From: Clostridia bacterium
GTDB taxonomy: Bacteria > Bacillota > Clostridia > Oscillospirales > Acutalibacteraceae
DNA length: 64,000 bases
NCBI GenBank assembly: GCA_017473925.1
Contig: JAFUIY010000016.1
Location: forward strand, 7,252 to 71,251
Direction of reading: 5' to 3'
Of the stretch, positions 1-8,322 are shown one piece after another. How positions within the stretch are numbered: the stretch's first letter is position 1; every line of letters starts with the position of its first letter. The notes under the pieces were generated by a model, which worked only from the letters and a program-made list of their open reading frames with translations, was not told the DNA's origin and ran no database searches. Made by a program: the position numbers and the translations under genes.

Positions 1-501
1 TCCCCAGTAAGGAACATCAGCAATTGTATAAACGACACTCCATACGACATAGATAACAGCAATTGTAACAAATGTCTGTGTAGTCTGAGAACCGTTATAG
101 ACGTTTTCAGCATTGAAAACAGGAAGGAAACAAAGAATAGTCATAATTCCGATAGGAATAGCCATCCATTTAAGGTAAGGACGGCACTTGCCCCACTTTG
201 TTCGTGTTTTATCAACTACAGAGCCCATAATGGGGTCATTGAATGCATCAAAAACACGTGCTGCAAGCATAAGTATAGCAACAGCAATTGCACCGTTCAT
301 TGTTCCGACTGTAACACCGTCAGCACCGAAAAGCAGAGCGTCTGTCATAAAAACAGTTATGTATGAGCCGATAATGGTACAGATGAAGTTCTGACCGAAG
401 CCGGCTACACTGTAGGCAAAAGCTTCTTTTGGCTGGACACCTTTACCGGGAGTTGTTCCGAACAGCTTGTGAAACAGTTTGGAATCGTTCATTTTACTCA
501 T
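1..501 (-). CDS. GPH-family glycoside/pentoside/hexuronide:cation symporter, N-terminal 167 codons (gene continues past the left edge)
   Basis: Own minus-strand translation from ATG 501..499, with SD AAAGGTGA 5 nt upstream: MSKMNDSKLFHKLFGTTPGKGVQPKEAFAYSVAGFGQNF...ARVFDAFNDPIMGSVVDKTRTKWGKCRPYLKWMAIPIG. The DxxNDPxxG...DxTxxxxGxxRP loop is the MelB/XylP/YicJ family signature. The frame is open to base 1. Confidence 0.7.
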   Translation of the reverse strand, partial: MSKMNDSKLFHKLFGTTPGKGVQPKEAFAYSVAGFGQNFICTIIGSYITVFMTDALLFGADGVTVGTMNGAIAVAILMLAARVFDAFNDPIMGSVVDKTRTKWGKCRPYLKWMAIPIGIMTILCFLPVFNAENVYNGSQTTQTFVTIAVIYVVWSVVYTIADVPYWG

Positions 502-577
502 AGAATCACCTTTACTAAAAATTTTACTTGATTATTCTATCATATTGAACAATAAATTACAATAGATAAAAAAATTT

Positions 578-607
578 TTGCAAATAAATATTTAAAATGC
601 ATAAAAT
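578..607 (+). promoter_or_regulatory. Candidate sigmaA-type promoter for the Asn-rich micro-ORF
   Basis: TTGCAA (578-583), a 17-18 nt spacer, then TGcATAAAAT (598-607). The -10 is weak. Confidence 0.3.
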
Positions 608-658
608 CAATTACGATGAAGAAAATATAGATACACAATAAAGAAAGGCAGTGTAACA

Positions 659-802
659 ATGAATAAAAAAGAAAACGCTAAAAACCAGAATAATCAGAAC
701 AACAATCAAAATAATAATCAGAACAATAATCAGAATAATGCAAAGAATGAAAAAAATCAGAAGCAGAATAACAAGAATCAGAACAATAATGAAAACTTCT
801 GA
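659..802 (+). CDS. 47-aa Asn/Gln/Lys-rich small protein (hypothetical)
   Basis: Own translation: MNKKENAKNQNNQNNNQNNNQNNNQNNAKNEKNQKQNNKNQNNNENF*. SD GAAAGG lies about 8 nt upstream and a hairpin terminator follows immediately. It is below the 60-aa cutoff of the ORF track. Confidence 0.45.
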   Translation: MNKKENAKNQNNQNNNQNNNQNNNQNNAKNEKNQKQNNKNQNNNENF

Positions 803-803
803 G

Positions 804-848
804 CTCCGGATTCCGGAGTTACATAATTTTTTAATTTTTTTTCAATTT
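804..848 (+). terminator. Hairpin plus T-tracts after the micro-ORF
   Basis: CTCCGG (804-809), loop ATT, CCGGAG (813-818), then TTACATAATTTTTTAATTTTTTTT. The T-run is not directly adjacent, so this is a moderate terminator. Confidence 0.45.
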
Positions 849-852
849 GGTA

Positions 853-881
853 TTGCCTTTACAAAAAAAATATATTATAAT
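853..881 (+). promoter_or_regulatory. sigmaA-type promoter of the SRP RNA gene
   Basis: TTGCCT (853-858), exactly 17 nt of spacer, then TATAAT (876-881). Confidence 0.55.
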
Positions 882-887
882 ATGTGA

Positions 888-1040
888 CGTGATAAAAAGT
901 CTAATTTCTGTCATGCGGCGTGTTGGTCCTGTGCGACGGAGCGCTGTGAACCATGTCAGGCGGGGAACCGAGCAGCATTAAACGGTCTGCCCGTGCGATA
1001 CAGTTCGCCTGCACGCCGTGTGAGAGAGGTTAGACTTTTT
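888..1040 (+). ncRNA. ffs: Signal recognition particle RNA (4.5S/scRNA), short single-hairpin type
   Basis: The conserved domain IV core GUCAGGCGG-GGAA-CCGAGCAGC (955-976) matches E. coli GUCAGGUCCGGAAGGAAGCAGC. The ends pair over 11 bp (AAAAAGUCUAA 894-904 with UUAGACUUUUU 1030-1040), followed by a further 12-bp helix (911-922 with 1012-1023). Its position immediately upstream of dnaX is as in B. subtilis scr. Confidence 0.8.
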
Positions 1041-1069
1041 TATATAATCTTTTCGGAGGCTATATAATA

Positions 1070-2794
1070 TTGTATAGAGTATTATACCGAAAATGGCGTC
1101 CGCAGACCTTCAGCGACGTCGCAGGACAACCGCATATAACGGAAACTCTTTCCAATGAGGTCCGTGAAAACAGACTTGCCCATGCTTACCTTTTTACAGG
1201 TTCAAGAGGTACGGGCAAGACTTCGTGCGCTAAAATTCTTTCAAAAGCGATAAATTGTCTCTCCCCTGTCAACGGCAATCCCTGCAATAACTGTGAAATC
1301 TGCAGAGGTATTGACAACGGTTCAGTTCTTGATGTTGTTGAAATAGACGCTGCAAGTAACAGAGGTATTGATGATATCAGAGCTTTGCGTGAAGAATCAG
1401 CATTTACTCCGGCTCAGGCAAAATACAGAGTTTACATAATTGACGAGGTTCACATGCTTACAATTGAAGCATTCAATGCACTTCTCAAAACTCTTGAGGA
1501 ACCGCCTGAACATATTGTTTTCATTCTTGCAACAACGGAAGTGCAGAAGCTTCCCTCTACTATTCTTTCAAGATGTCAGAGGTTTGATTTCAGAAGAATT
1601 TCCGTTGATGCAATTGTCAGCAGACTTAAATATGTTGCATCAGAAGAAAATGTAATACTTGATGACGCTGCAGCTGTTCTTGTTGCAAGAATTGCTGACG
1701 GCGGTATGAGAGATGCACTTTCAATATTTGACAGATGCCTGAGCATTTCCGAAAATGTCACAACTGCTGTTGTTTCGGATGCTGCAGGTATTATGAGCAA
1801 GGATTATCTTTTTGCACTCAGTGAGGCATTCAGAACAAAGGACACTTCCCGTGCACTTTCAATCGTTGATGAGCTTCATAATTCATCATGTGACACTGAA
1901 AGACTCTGTACGGAGCTCACAAATCATTTCAGAAGTCTTCTTATTATAAAATCGGTCAGGAATCCCGAAAACATTCTTGTCTGTACAAACGAAGAGCTTG
2001 CTGAATTAAAAGCTCTTTCCGAAAAATTCACTGTTGATGAAATCCTTAATATAATGAATATTCTTTCTGCTGCAATTGCCTCAATCAAGGTTACTCAGAA
2101 CAGACGTATTGAAACAGAAATGGCAGTAATTAAAATCTGTACTCCTGAAGTGTCAACCGATGTTTCTTCCCTTTTTGCAAGAATTGCTGAATTGGAAAAG
2201 AAGATGAATGATATACAGGTTTCAGGTGTAGTTTCAGTGCCTGTCAGTATGCCAATACAGACAAGTCAGCCTGTTGCTACTCCTGCCGTTGATATAAACA
2301 GCCTTCAGTTTGAAGACGACAGTGATGAATATGATGATCCCGTTTTTGATTATATTCCAGAAGCACCCCCCGAAGAAGGTGAAATGACTCCCCTTTTTGA
2401 TGCGCCCCCTGCTTTTGACAGTCAACCTGATGCTCCTGTTTTTGACTCAGAGCCTGTTGAATTTTCAGCATCATCAGATGAGCCTGTATTTGATGCACCG
2501 GTTTTTGACGATGCTCCCGTACAGAATGCTCCCGTGTTTGATACTCCTGCTGTTCAGAATAATTCAACAGATATTTCCAAGATCTGGAACAAGTGTATTA
2601 TTCAGGCTGAAGCTGACTGCCCTCCCCTCACAGGTCATCTTCTGGGTACATCAGCAGAGCTTATAGGTACAAATCTGACAATCAGAAATTATAATAATGT
2701 ATTACCGATGATATTCCCTATGATTAAAGATAAGCTTACGGGAACTGTCAGAAGAGTTGTCGGACAGCCCGACATAAATATAAGATTAGGATAA
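1070..2794 (+). CDS. dnaX: DNA polymerase III subunit gamma/tau
   Basis: TTG start with GGAGG 10 nt upstream. N-terminus YRKWRPQTFSDVAGQ, Walker A GSRGTGKTS, zinc module CxxCxxC and a DEVHML box. The C-terminal half is a low-complexity P(V/L)FD repeat region. Confidence 0.93.
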   Translation: MYRVLYRKWRPQTFSDVAGQPHITETLSNEVRENRLAHAYLFTGSRGTGKTSCAKILSKAINCLSPVNGNPCNNCEICRGIDNGSVLDVVEIDAASNRGIDDIRALREESAFTPAQAKYRVYIIDEVHMLTIEAFNALLKTLEEPPEHIVFILATTEVQKLPSTILSRCQRFDFRRISVDAIVSRLKYVASEENVILDDAAAVLVARIADGGMRDALSIFDRCLSISENVTTAVVSDAAGIMSKDYLFALSEAFRTKDTSRALSIVDELHNSSCDTERLCTELTNHFRSLLIIKSVRNPENILVCTNEELAELKALSEKFTVDEILNIMNILSAAIASIKVTQNRRIETEMAVIKICTPEVSTDVSSLFARIAELEKKMNDIQVSGVVSVPVSMPIQTSQPVATPAVDINSLQFEDDSDEYDDPVFDYIPEAPPEEGEMTPLFDAPPAFDSQPDAPVFDSEPVEFSASSDEPVFDAPVFDDAPVQNAPVFDTPAVQNNSTDISKIWNKCIIQAEADCPPLTGHLLGTSAELIGTNLTIRNYNNVLPMIFPMIKDKLTGTVRRVVGQPDINIRLG

Positions 2795-2817
2795 ACATTC
2801 CAAGGAGGAATTTTAAT

Positions 2818-3159
2818 ATGAAAGCAAGAATCCCCAACGCTAATCAGGGCGGTAACATGATGCAAAAGATTCAGAAAATGCAGGAAGAGATGCAGAAGAC
2901 TCAGGCTACTGTTGAAGAATCAGAATTCACTGCATCAGCAGGCGGCGGTGCTGTCGAGGTTACTGTAAACGGTAAACACGAAATCAAAGCAATCAAGATG
3001 CAGCCTGAGGTTGTTGACCCTGAAGATATTGAAATGCTTGAAGACCTTCTTCTTGCTTCTCTTAACGAAGCTATGAGAAAGGCTGACGAAACAATGGAAT
3101 CAGAAATGGGCAAGCTTACAGGCGGCCTCAATATTCCCGGAATGGGCGGTCTTTTCTGA
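2818..3159 (+). CDS. ybaB: YbaB/EbfC family nucleoid-associated protein
   Basis: 113 aa with the conserved dnaX-ybaB-recR context. Strong SD AAGGAGG. Confidence 0.9.
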   Translation: MKARIPNANQGGNMMQKIQKMQEEMQKTQATVEESEFTASAGGGAVEVTVNGKHEIKAIKMQPEVVDPEDIEMLEDLLLASLNEAMRKADETMESEMGKLTGGLNIPGMGGLF

Positions 3160-3160
3160 T

Positions 3161-3760
3161 ATGCAATACAATGCAGTACCTCTTCAGAAGTTGATTGAGC
3201 AGTTTGAAAGAATGCCCGGAATCGGCAGAAAAACTGCTCAGAGAATTGCATTTTATATTTTAGGACTTCCTGAAAAAGAATCGGATGAAATTGCAAATGC
3301 TATTACAGATGCATGCAGAAAGATACATAAATGTTCTGTCTGCAGCAATCTAACAGAAGATGAAGTATGTCCTATATGCAGAAATCTCAAAAGAGACCAC
3401 TCTGTTATATGTGTTGTTGAAGATACTCAGAGCCTTATGGCTATTGAAAAAACAAAAGAATATTCAGGTACATATCATGTTCTTCACGGTGCAATTTCTC
3501 CCCTCGACGGAATCGGTCCCGAACAGCTTACAATCAAAGAGCTGCTTGCAAGACTCAGTGATGATGAACTGAAAGAAATCATTATCGCTACCGATTCTGA
3601 TATTGAAGGCGAAGCCACGGCGATGTATCTTTCAAAACTTATAAAACCATTTAATCTGAATATTTCAAGAATTGCTTTCGGTCTCCCTGTCGGCACTGAT
3701 ATACAGTATGCAGATGAAGTCACACTCTCGAGAGCAATTGAAGGCAGAAGAACAATGTGA
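3161..3760 (+). CDS. recR: Recombination protein RecR
   Basis: LIEQFERMPGIGRKTAQR helix-hairpin-helix, a C4 zinc finger (CSVCSNLTEDEVCPIC) and a Toprim domain. Confidence 0.93.
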   Translation: MQYNAVPLQKLIEQFERMPGIGRKTAQRIAFYILGLPEKESDEIANAITDACRKIHKCSVCSNLTEDEVCPICRNLKRDHSVICVVEDTQSLMAIEKTKEYSGTYHVLHGAISPLDGIGPEQLTIKELLARLSDDELKEIIIATDSDIEGEATAMYLSKLIKPFNLNISRIAFGLPVGTDIQYADEVTLSRAIEGRRTM

Positions 3761-3776
3761 ACGGAGGAAAATTTTT

Positions 3777-5375
3777 ATGGATAAAAAATATGCATTGACA
3801 TATGACATAGGCACCACAGGTGTTAAAACATGTGTTTTTGAGCTCTCTGAAAAAATCACTCTTCTCGGCGCAGCATCACAGGGTTATGAGCTTTACGTAT
3901 TCCCCGACGGTGGCGCTGAACAGAATCCCGACGAATGGTGGGAAGCAATGTGTGACACAACAAAGGTTGCACTTGAAAAAGCATCTGTTTCTGCAGATAT
4001 GATCAACGGTATTTCTTTCTGTTCTCAGGCTCAGGGTCTTGTTCTTGTTGACAAAAACGGAAAATTTGTCAGAAGAGCAATGAGCTATATGGATCAGAGA
4101 GCAAAGGAAGAGCTTAAAAAAGGTATTGCACACGGTCCTCAGATTGCAGGTGCAAATATTCCAAAGCTTCTCAAATCACTTCAGATTACAGGTGCAGTTG
4201 CTGCTTCCGTAAAGGACCCTGTATGGAAATACAAGTGGGTTGAAGCACATGAGCCCGAAAAGTTCAAGAACGCATATAAGTGGCTTGATGTCAAGGATTA
4301 TCTCATTACCCGTATGACAGGTAATTTCAATATGACACGCGACTCTGCATTTGCTACTCTCCTTTATGATATAAGAAAAGGCAAAAACTGCTGGAGTAAA
4401 GAAATGACAGATATGCTCGGTGTTAAATTTGAGCATATGCCTGAAATCAAGGAATGTACTGATAAAATCGGTGAACTCAGTGAAAAAGCTGCTGAAGACC
4501 TTCACCTTGTTCCCGGTATTGCTGTTTTCGGCGGAGGAAGTGACTCTTCACTTATCGGTGTCGGTGCAGGCTCAGTTGAAATGGGCGATACACATATCTA
4601 TTCAGGAACATCAGGTTGGGTAGGAACTGTTGTTGACAAGAGCATTGTTGACGCTTCAGCTATGATTGCAGCTATTGTCGGTGCAGACCCCGGAAAATAC
4701 ATTTACTTTGCAGAGCTTGAAACTGCAGGTAAATGTCTTGAATGGGCAAAAGACCACCTTTGTCTTGATGAAGTCGGTATCTATCTTAAGAAAGAAAAAG
4801 TTACCGATTCTTATGAAGCAGAATATACAAGCCTTTATGATTATATGTCAGAGGTTATTGATAAGGTTCCTGCAGGTGCTAACGGTGTTGTATTCACACC
4901 CTGGCTTCACGGTAACAGATGTCCCTTTGAGGATCCCAATTCAAGAGGAATGTTCTTTAATCTCAGTCTCGAAACAGGCAAATCCGAGCTTCTCAGAGCT
5001 GTTATTGAAGGTGTATGCATGCATCTTCGCTGGTTCCTTGAAGCACAGGAAAAGAAAGTTAAAACATCTCAGAAAATCAGATTTGTCGGCGGCGGTGCTC
5101 TTTCCTCTGTAACATGTCAGATTCTTGCTGATATCACAGGAAAAACAGTTGAAACTGTTGACAGTCCTCAGAATGTCGGTGCTGTAGGTGCAGCTGTTAT
5201 TGTAGCATGCGGTCTCGGTGTTATCGGCAGTGTCGGAGAAGCAAAGAAGCTTATTCCTGTAATTAAAACATATCAGCCTCAGCTTTCTAACAAGCCTGTT
5301 TATGACAAGCAGTATGAGGTATTCAAAAATCTTTACAAATCAAACAAGGCAAACTTTGCAGCACTCAACGGCTGA
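3777..5375 (+). CDS. FGGY-family carbohydrate kinase (xylulokinase-like), 532 aa
   Basis: Start moved to ATG 3777 (GGAGG at 3763-3767). The track ORF from 3672 overlaps recR. N-terminal YDIGTTGVKT phosphate-binding motif and C-terminal FVGGGALSSVTCQILADITG. Confidence 0.85.
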   Translation: MDKKYALTYDIGTTGVKTCVFELSEKITLLGAASQGYELYVFPDGGAEQNPDEWWEAMCDTTKVALEKASVSADMINGISFCSQAQGLVLVDKNGKFVRRAMSYMDQRAKEELKKGIAHGPQIAGANIPKLLKSLQITGAVAASVKDPVWKYKWVEAHEPEKFKNAYKWLDVKDYLITRMTGNFNMTRDSAFATLLYDIRKGKNCWSKEMTDMLGVKFEHMPEIKECTDKIGELSEKAAEDLHLVPGIAVFGGGSDSSLIGVGAGSVEMGDTHIYSGTSGWVGTVVDKSIVDASAMIAAIVGADPGKYIYFAELETAGKCLEWAKDHLCLDEVGIYLKKEKVTDSYEAEYTSLYDYMSEVIDKVPAGANGVVFTPWLHGNRCPFEDPNSRGMFFNLSLETGKSELLRAVIEGVCMHLRWFLEAQEKKVKTSQKIRFVGGGALSSVTCQILADITGKTVETVDSPQNVGAVGAAVIVACGLGVIGSVGEAKKLIPVIKTYQPQLSNKPVYDKQYEVFKNLYKSNKANFAALNG

Positions 5376-5400
5376 TTTGCCTGAAAGGAATTAATTTCAG

Positions 5401-6291
5401 ATGTTAGAATTATCAAAAGTATTTGAGATGCTTAATACCGAGCTTTCCCCTGTTGTAACAAAGCTTGGTTTCAGCATTGATAAACCCGAAGATATGGAAA
5501 AAGGTGCTGTTCCCGTGTTTACAAGAGACAGTGCATCATATCTTTCCTTCAGCGGTGAAAAAGGTAAAATCAGAATTCTTTTCAATGACAACAAGATAAG
5601 ACTTCTTACAGGTGAAAAGGAAGCTTCAAGCACAGACGACAGTGATTACACTCTTATTGCAAGCTACCTTCTCGTTCTTGATGAATATGAGCTCAGGGAT
5701 GTCAAGTCCGTTATCAACGAAATTACTGAAAATCTGACAGAGGCATTCAGCCCCAAGCAGATTGCAAAGCGTCAGCAGAACATCAAAGCTCAGGCAACTG
5801 TTTCAAGAGCCCAGGCAAAAAGCGGTTCTGTTCTTTATGACCCGGCAACTCTTGCTATAAGACTTGCTGTTCTTTATCCCGAGCTCAAGGAAGAATACAA
5901 GGCTCATCTTGAAAAATACGATGAATTTCTCTGTGAGCATTTCTTTATGAGCTTCGTAAATCCCAGAGTTTTTGAAACAATCAAAGAGAATAATCCTCAG
6001 AAGATGAAAAAGCTCTTCGGTATTATCAATGAGATTTATGAAGACGGCACAAATGAGGTTCAGGATGTTATTGTTGTAACAATGCTTGCTTCATTCGATT
6101 ATCAGGGCAACATGTGGCAGACAGTTCTTGATTATCTGAGTGATTCTGTTGATGAAGCATTTATCAGAGTCAACAAAAAAATCAAATCAAGCAGAACAGT
6201 ACAGCTCCGTCTTGAAAATCCTCCCAAATATAAGCCTAAGAAACAGAAGAAAAAGAAATCAATGATGTCTTCACTTCTCGGTCAGCAGTAA
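5401..6291 (+). CDS. Hypothetical protein, 296 aa, Lys-rich C-terminal tail
   Basis: Long ORF with host-like codon usage, followed by a good terminator. I recognise no family. Confidence 0.6.
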   Translation: MLELSKVFEMLNTELSPVVTKLGFSIDKPEDMEKGAVPVFTRDSASYLSFSGEKGKIRILFNDNKIRLLTGEKEASSTDDSDYTLIASYLLVLDEYELRDVKSVINEITENLTEAFSPKQIAKRQQNIKAQATVSRAQAKSGSVLYDPATLAIRLAVLYPELKEEYKAHLEKYDEFLCEHFFMSFVNPRVFETIKENNPQKMKKLFGIINEIYEDGTNEVQDVIVVTMLASFDYQGNMWQTVLDYLSDSVDEAFIRVNKKIKSSRTVQLRLENPPKYKPKKQKKKKSMMSSLLGQQ

Positions 6292-6297
6292 TCAGAA

Positions 6298-6321
6298 GCA
6301 CCCGTTTCGGGTGCTTTTTTT
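6298..6321 (+). terminator. Rho-independent terminator
   Basis: GCACCCG-TTT-CGGGTGC followed by TTTTTTT. Confidence 0.8.
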
Positions 6322-6343
6322 GTATAAAAATTCATATATTCTA

Positions 6344-6372
6344 TTGAAAAATATATTTTATGTTGATATAAT
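6344..6372 (+). promoter_or_regulatory. sigmaA-type promoter with extended -10
   Basis: TTGAAA (6344-6349), 17 nt of spacer, then TGaTATAAT (6364-6372). Confidence 0.55.
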
Positions 6373-6401
6373 ATTAATGTAAATGAAAGGAGCGACTATT
6401 T

Positions 6402-7025
6402 ATGAGTAAATTTGTTATTACAATTTCAAGAACCTGCGGCAGCGGCGGAAGCTATGTTGCAGAAGAGCTTGAAAAGAAACTCGGAATAAAGCTTTACGGT
6501 CAGGATATTCTTCAGCTTGCATCTGAAGACAGCGGTATCAGTATTGACCTTTTTGCCCGTTCAGATGAAGAGCTTCAGTCTAACCCCTTATTCCGTTTTA
6601 CTAAGTATATTTATGACGGAAAGCTCATTCCTCCTTCAAGCAGTGATTTTACATCACAGGAAAATCTCTTTAATTATCAGGCGAAGGTGCTTAAGGATCT
6701 TGCAAAAAAAGAAAACTATGTGGTTATCGGAAGATGTGCCGATTTTGTTCTCAAGGATGAAGAGAATCTTGTCAGAGTATTCATCTGTGCAGATAAGAAA
6801 GACAGAATTAAGACAGAATCAGATCGTCTCTCCATTTCACGCAGTGAAGCTGAAAAAAGAATTGATAAGGTTGACAAAAAGAGAACCAATCATTACAATT
6901 ACTTTACAGGCTCAGACCGTGTTGACATGACTAATTATGATATCTGTCTTAACACATCTGCTCTTTCCTATGAAAAATGTGCTGATGTGATTATTGATTA
7001 CATGAAAGCAAAAGGAATTATCTGA
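6402..7025 (+). CDS. Cytidylate kinase-like family protein (P-loop)
   Basis: ITISRTCGSGGSYVAEELEKKLG N-terminus, typical of the cytidylate-kinase-like AAA family common in Clostridia. Confidence 0.7.
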   Translation: MSKFVITISRTCGSGGSYVAEELEKKLGIKLYGQDILQLASEDSGISIDLFARSDEELQSNPLFRFTKYIYDGKLIPPSSSDFTSQENLFNYQAKVLKDLAKKENYVVIGRCADFVLKDEENLVRVFICADKKDRIKTESDRLSISRSEAEKRIDKVDKKRTNHYNYFTGSDRVDMTNYDICLNTSALSYEKCADVIIDYMKAKGII

Positions 7026-7036
7026 TTTTACATAAA

Positions 7037-7071
7037 TAAAAAAAGAGGTAATGCGAATTACCTCTTTTTTA
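7037..7071. terminator. Bidirectional rho-independent terminator between convergent genes
   Basis: A-run, AGAGGTAAT (7044-7052), loop GCGA, ATTACCTCT (7057-7065), T-run. Confidence 0.85.
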
Positions 7072-7076
7072 TTATT

Positions 7077-8303
7077 TTATTTGATTACAACCTTGATAAA
7101 GATTTTCTTACCTTTTTTGACTACAACATAGCCCTTATTAAAATCGGCCTTGTTGATTACTGCAACGGGTGATGTGGGCTTAACATCGTCAACAGAAACG
7201 CCGCCCTGTTCAATAAGTCTTCTGCCTTCACCCTTTGATTTTGCAATACCTGCTTTTACAAGAACTTCATTTACGGCAATTGCATCATCGGTAAAATCAT
7301 CTGCTGTAAGCTCAAATGTAGGCATTGTGTCAACATTTGTATTTGCACCGAAGAGAGCCTTTGCTGTTTCCTGAGCTTTTGTTGCTTCTTCTTCACCATG
7401 TACAAGCTTTGTAAGCTCAAATGCAAGGATTTCCTTTGCCTTGTTGAGTTCACTTCCCTGCCATGAATCCATCTTATCAATCTCTTCAAGAGGAAGGAAT
7501 GTCAGCATACGGATACACTTGAGCACGTCACCGTCGTCAACATTTCTCCAGTACTGATAGAACTCATAGGGAGATGTCTTATTGGGATCAAGCCAGACAG
7601 CACCTTTTGCAGTTTTACCCATCTTCTTACCCTCTGAGTTAAGAAGAAGAGTGATTGTCATAGCATAAGCATCCTTGCCGAGCTTCTTTCTGATAAGTTC
7701 TGTACCGCCGAGCATGTTTGACCACTGGTCGTCACCGCCGAACTGCATGTTGCAGCCGTAATGCTGATAAAGATGATAGAAGTCATAGCTTTGCATAATC
7801 ATGTAGTTGAATTCAAGGAATGAAAGTCCCTTTTCCATTCTCTGCTTATAGCATTCGGCACGAAGCATATTGTTAACTGAGAAGCAAGCACCGACTTCAC
7901 GAAGAACATCGATGTAATTAAGGTTAAGAAGCCAGTCGGCATTGTTGACCATCTGTGCTTTGCCTTCACCGAATTCGATAAATCTTTCCATCTGCTTTTT
8001 GAAGCAGTCGCAGTTGTGCTGAATTGTTTCAGCAGTCATAACCTGACGCATATCAGTTCTGCCTGAGGGGTCACCGATCATACCTGTGCCGCCGCCGATA
8101 AGTGCTATAGGTCTGTTACCTGCCATCTGAAGTCTCTTCATAAGGCAGAGAGCCATAAAGTGACCGACATGAAGACTGTCAGCTGTAGGGTCAAATCCGA
8201 TGTAGAAAACAGCCTTGCCGTTATCAATAAGGTCTCTGATTTCCTGTTCATCTGTAACCTGAGCAATAAGTCCTCTTGCTACAAGTTCGTTATAAATTTT
8301 CAT
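7077..8303 (-). CDS. tyrS: Tyrosine--tRNA ligase
   Basis: HVGH and KMGKT class-I signatures, plus a C-terminal S4 domain. Confidence 0.95.
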   Translation of the reverse strand: MKIYNELVARGLIAQVTDEQEIRDLIDNGKAVFYIGFDPTADSLHVGHFMALCLMKRLQMAGNRPIALIGGGTGMIGDPSGRTDMRQVMTAETIQHNCDCFKKQMERFIEFGEGKAQMVNNADWLLNLNYIDVLREVGACFSVNNMLRAECYKQRMEKGLSFLEFNYMIMQSYDFYHLYQHYGCNMQFGGDDQWSNMLGGTELIRKKLGKDAYAMTITLLLNSEGKKMGKTAKGAVWLDPNKTSPYEFYQYWRNVDDGDVLKCIRMLTFLPLEEIDKMDSWQGSELNKAKEILAFELTKLVHGEEEATKAQETAKALFGANTNVDTMPTFELTADDFTDDAIAVNEVLVKAGIAKSKGEGRRLIEQGGVSVDDVKPTSPVAVINKADFNKGYVVVKKGKKIFIKVVIK

Positions 8304-8322
8304 TTTGTATATCCTCCGGAAT

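Noticed and set aside
1070-2794. Programmed -1 frameshift site in dnaX (gamma subunit production)
   Set aside because: I found no A-AAA-AAG-type slippery heptamer with a downstream hairpin by eye. This mechanism is not general outside the enterobacteria.
3672-3776. N-terminal extension of the FGGY kinase ORF (track start 3672)
   Set aside because: It overlaps the 3' end of recR in another frame. A strong GGAGG lies 9 nt before ATG 3777, and the conserved kinase N-terminus (YDIGTTG) starts right after that ATG.
8304-8322. T-box leader upstream of tyrS
   Set aside because: Only 19 nt separate tyrS from the upstream gene. There is no room for a T-box riboswitch of about 200 nt, so tyrS appears co-transcribed.
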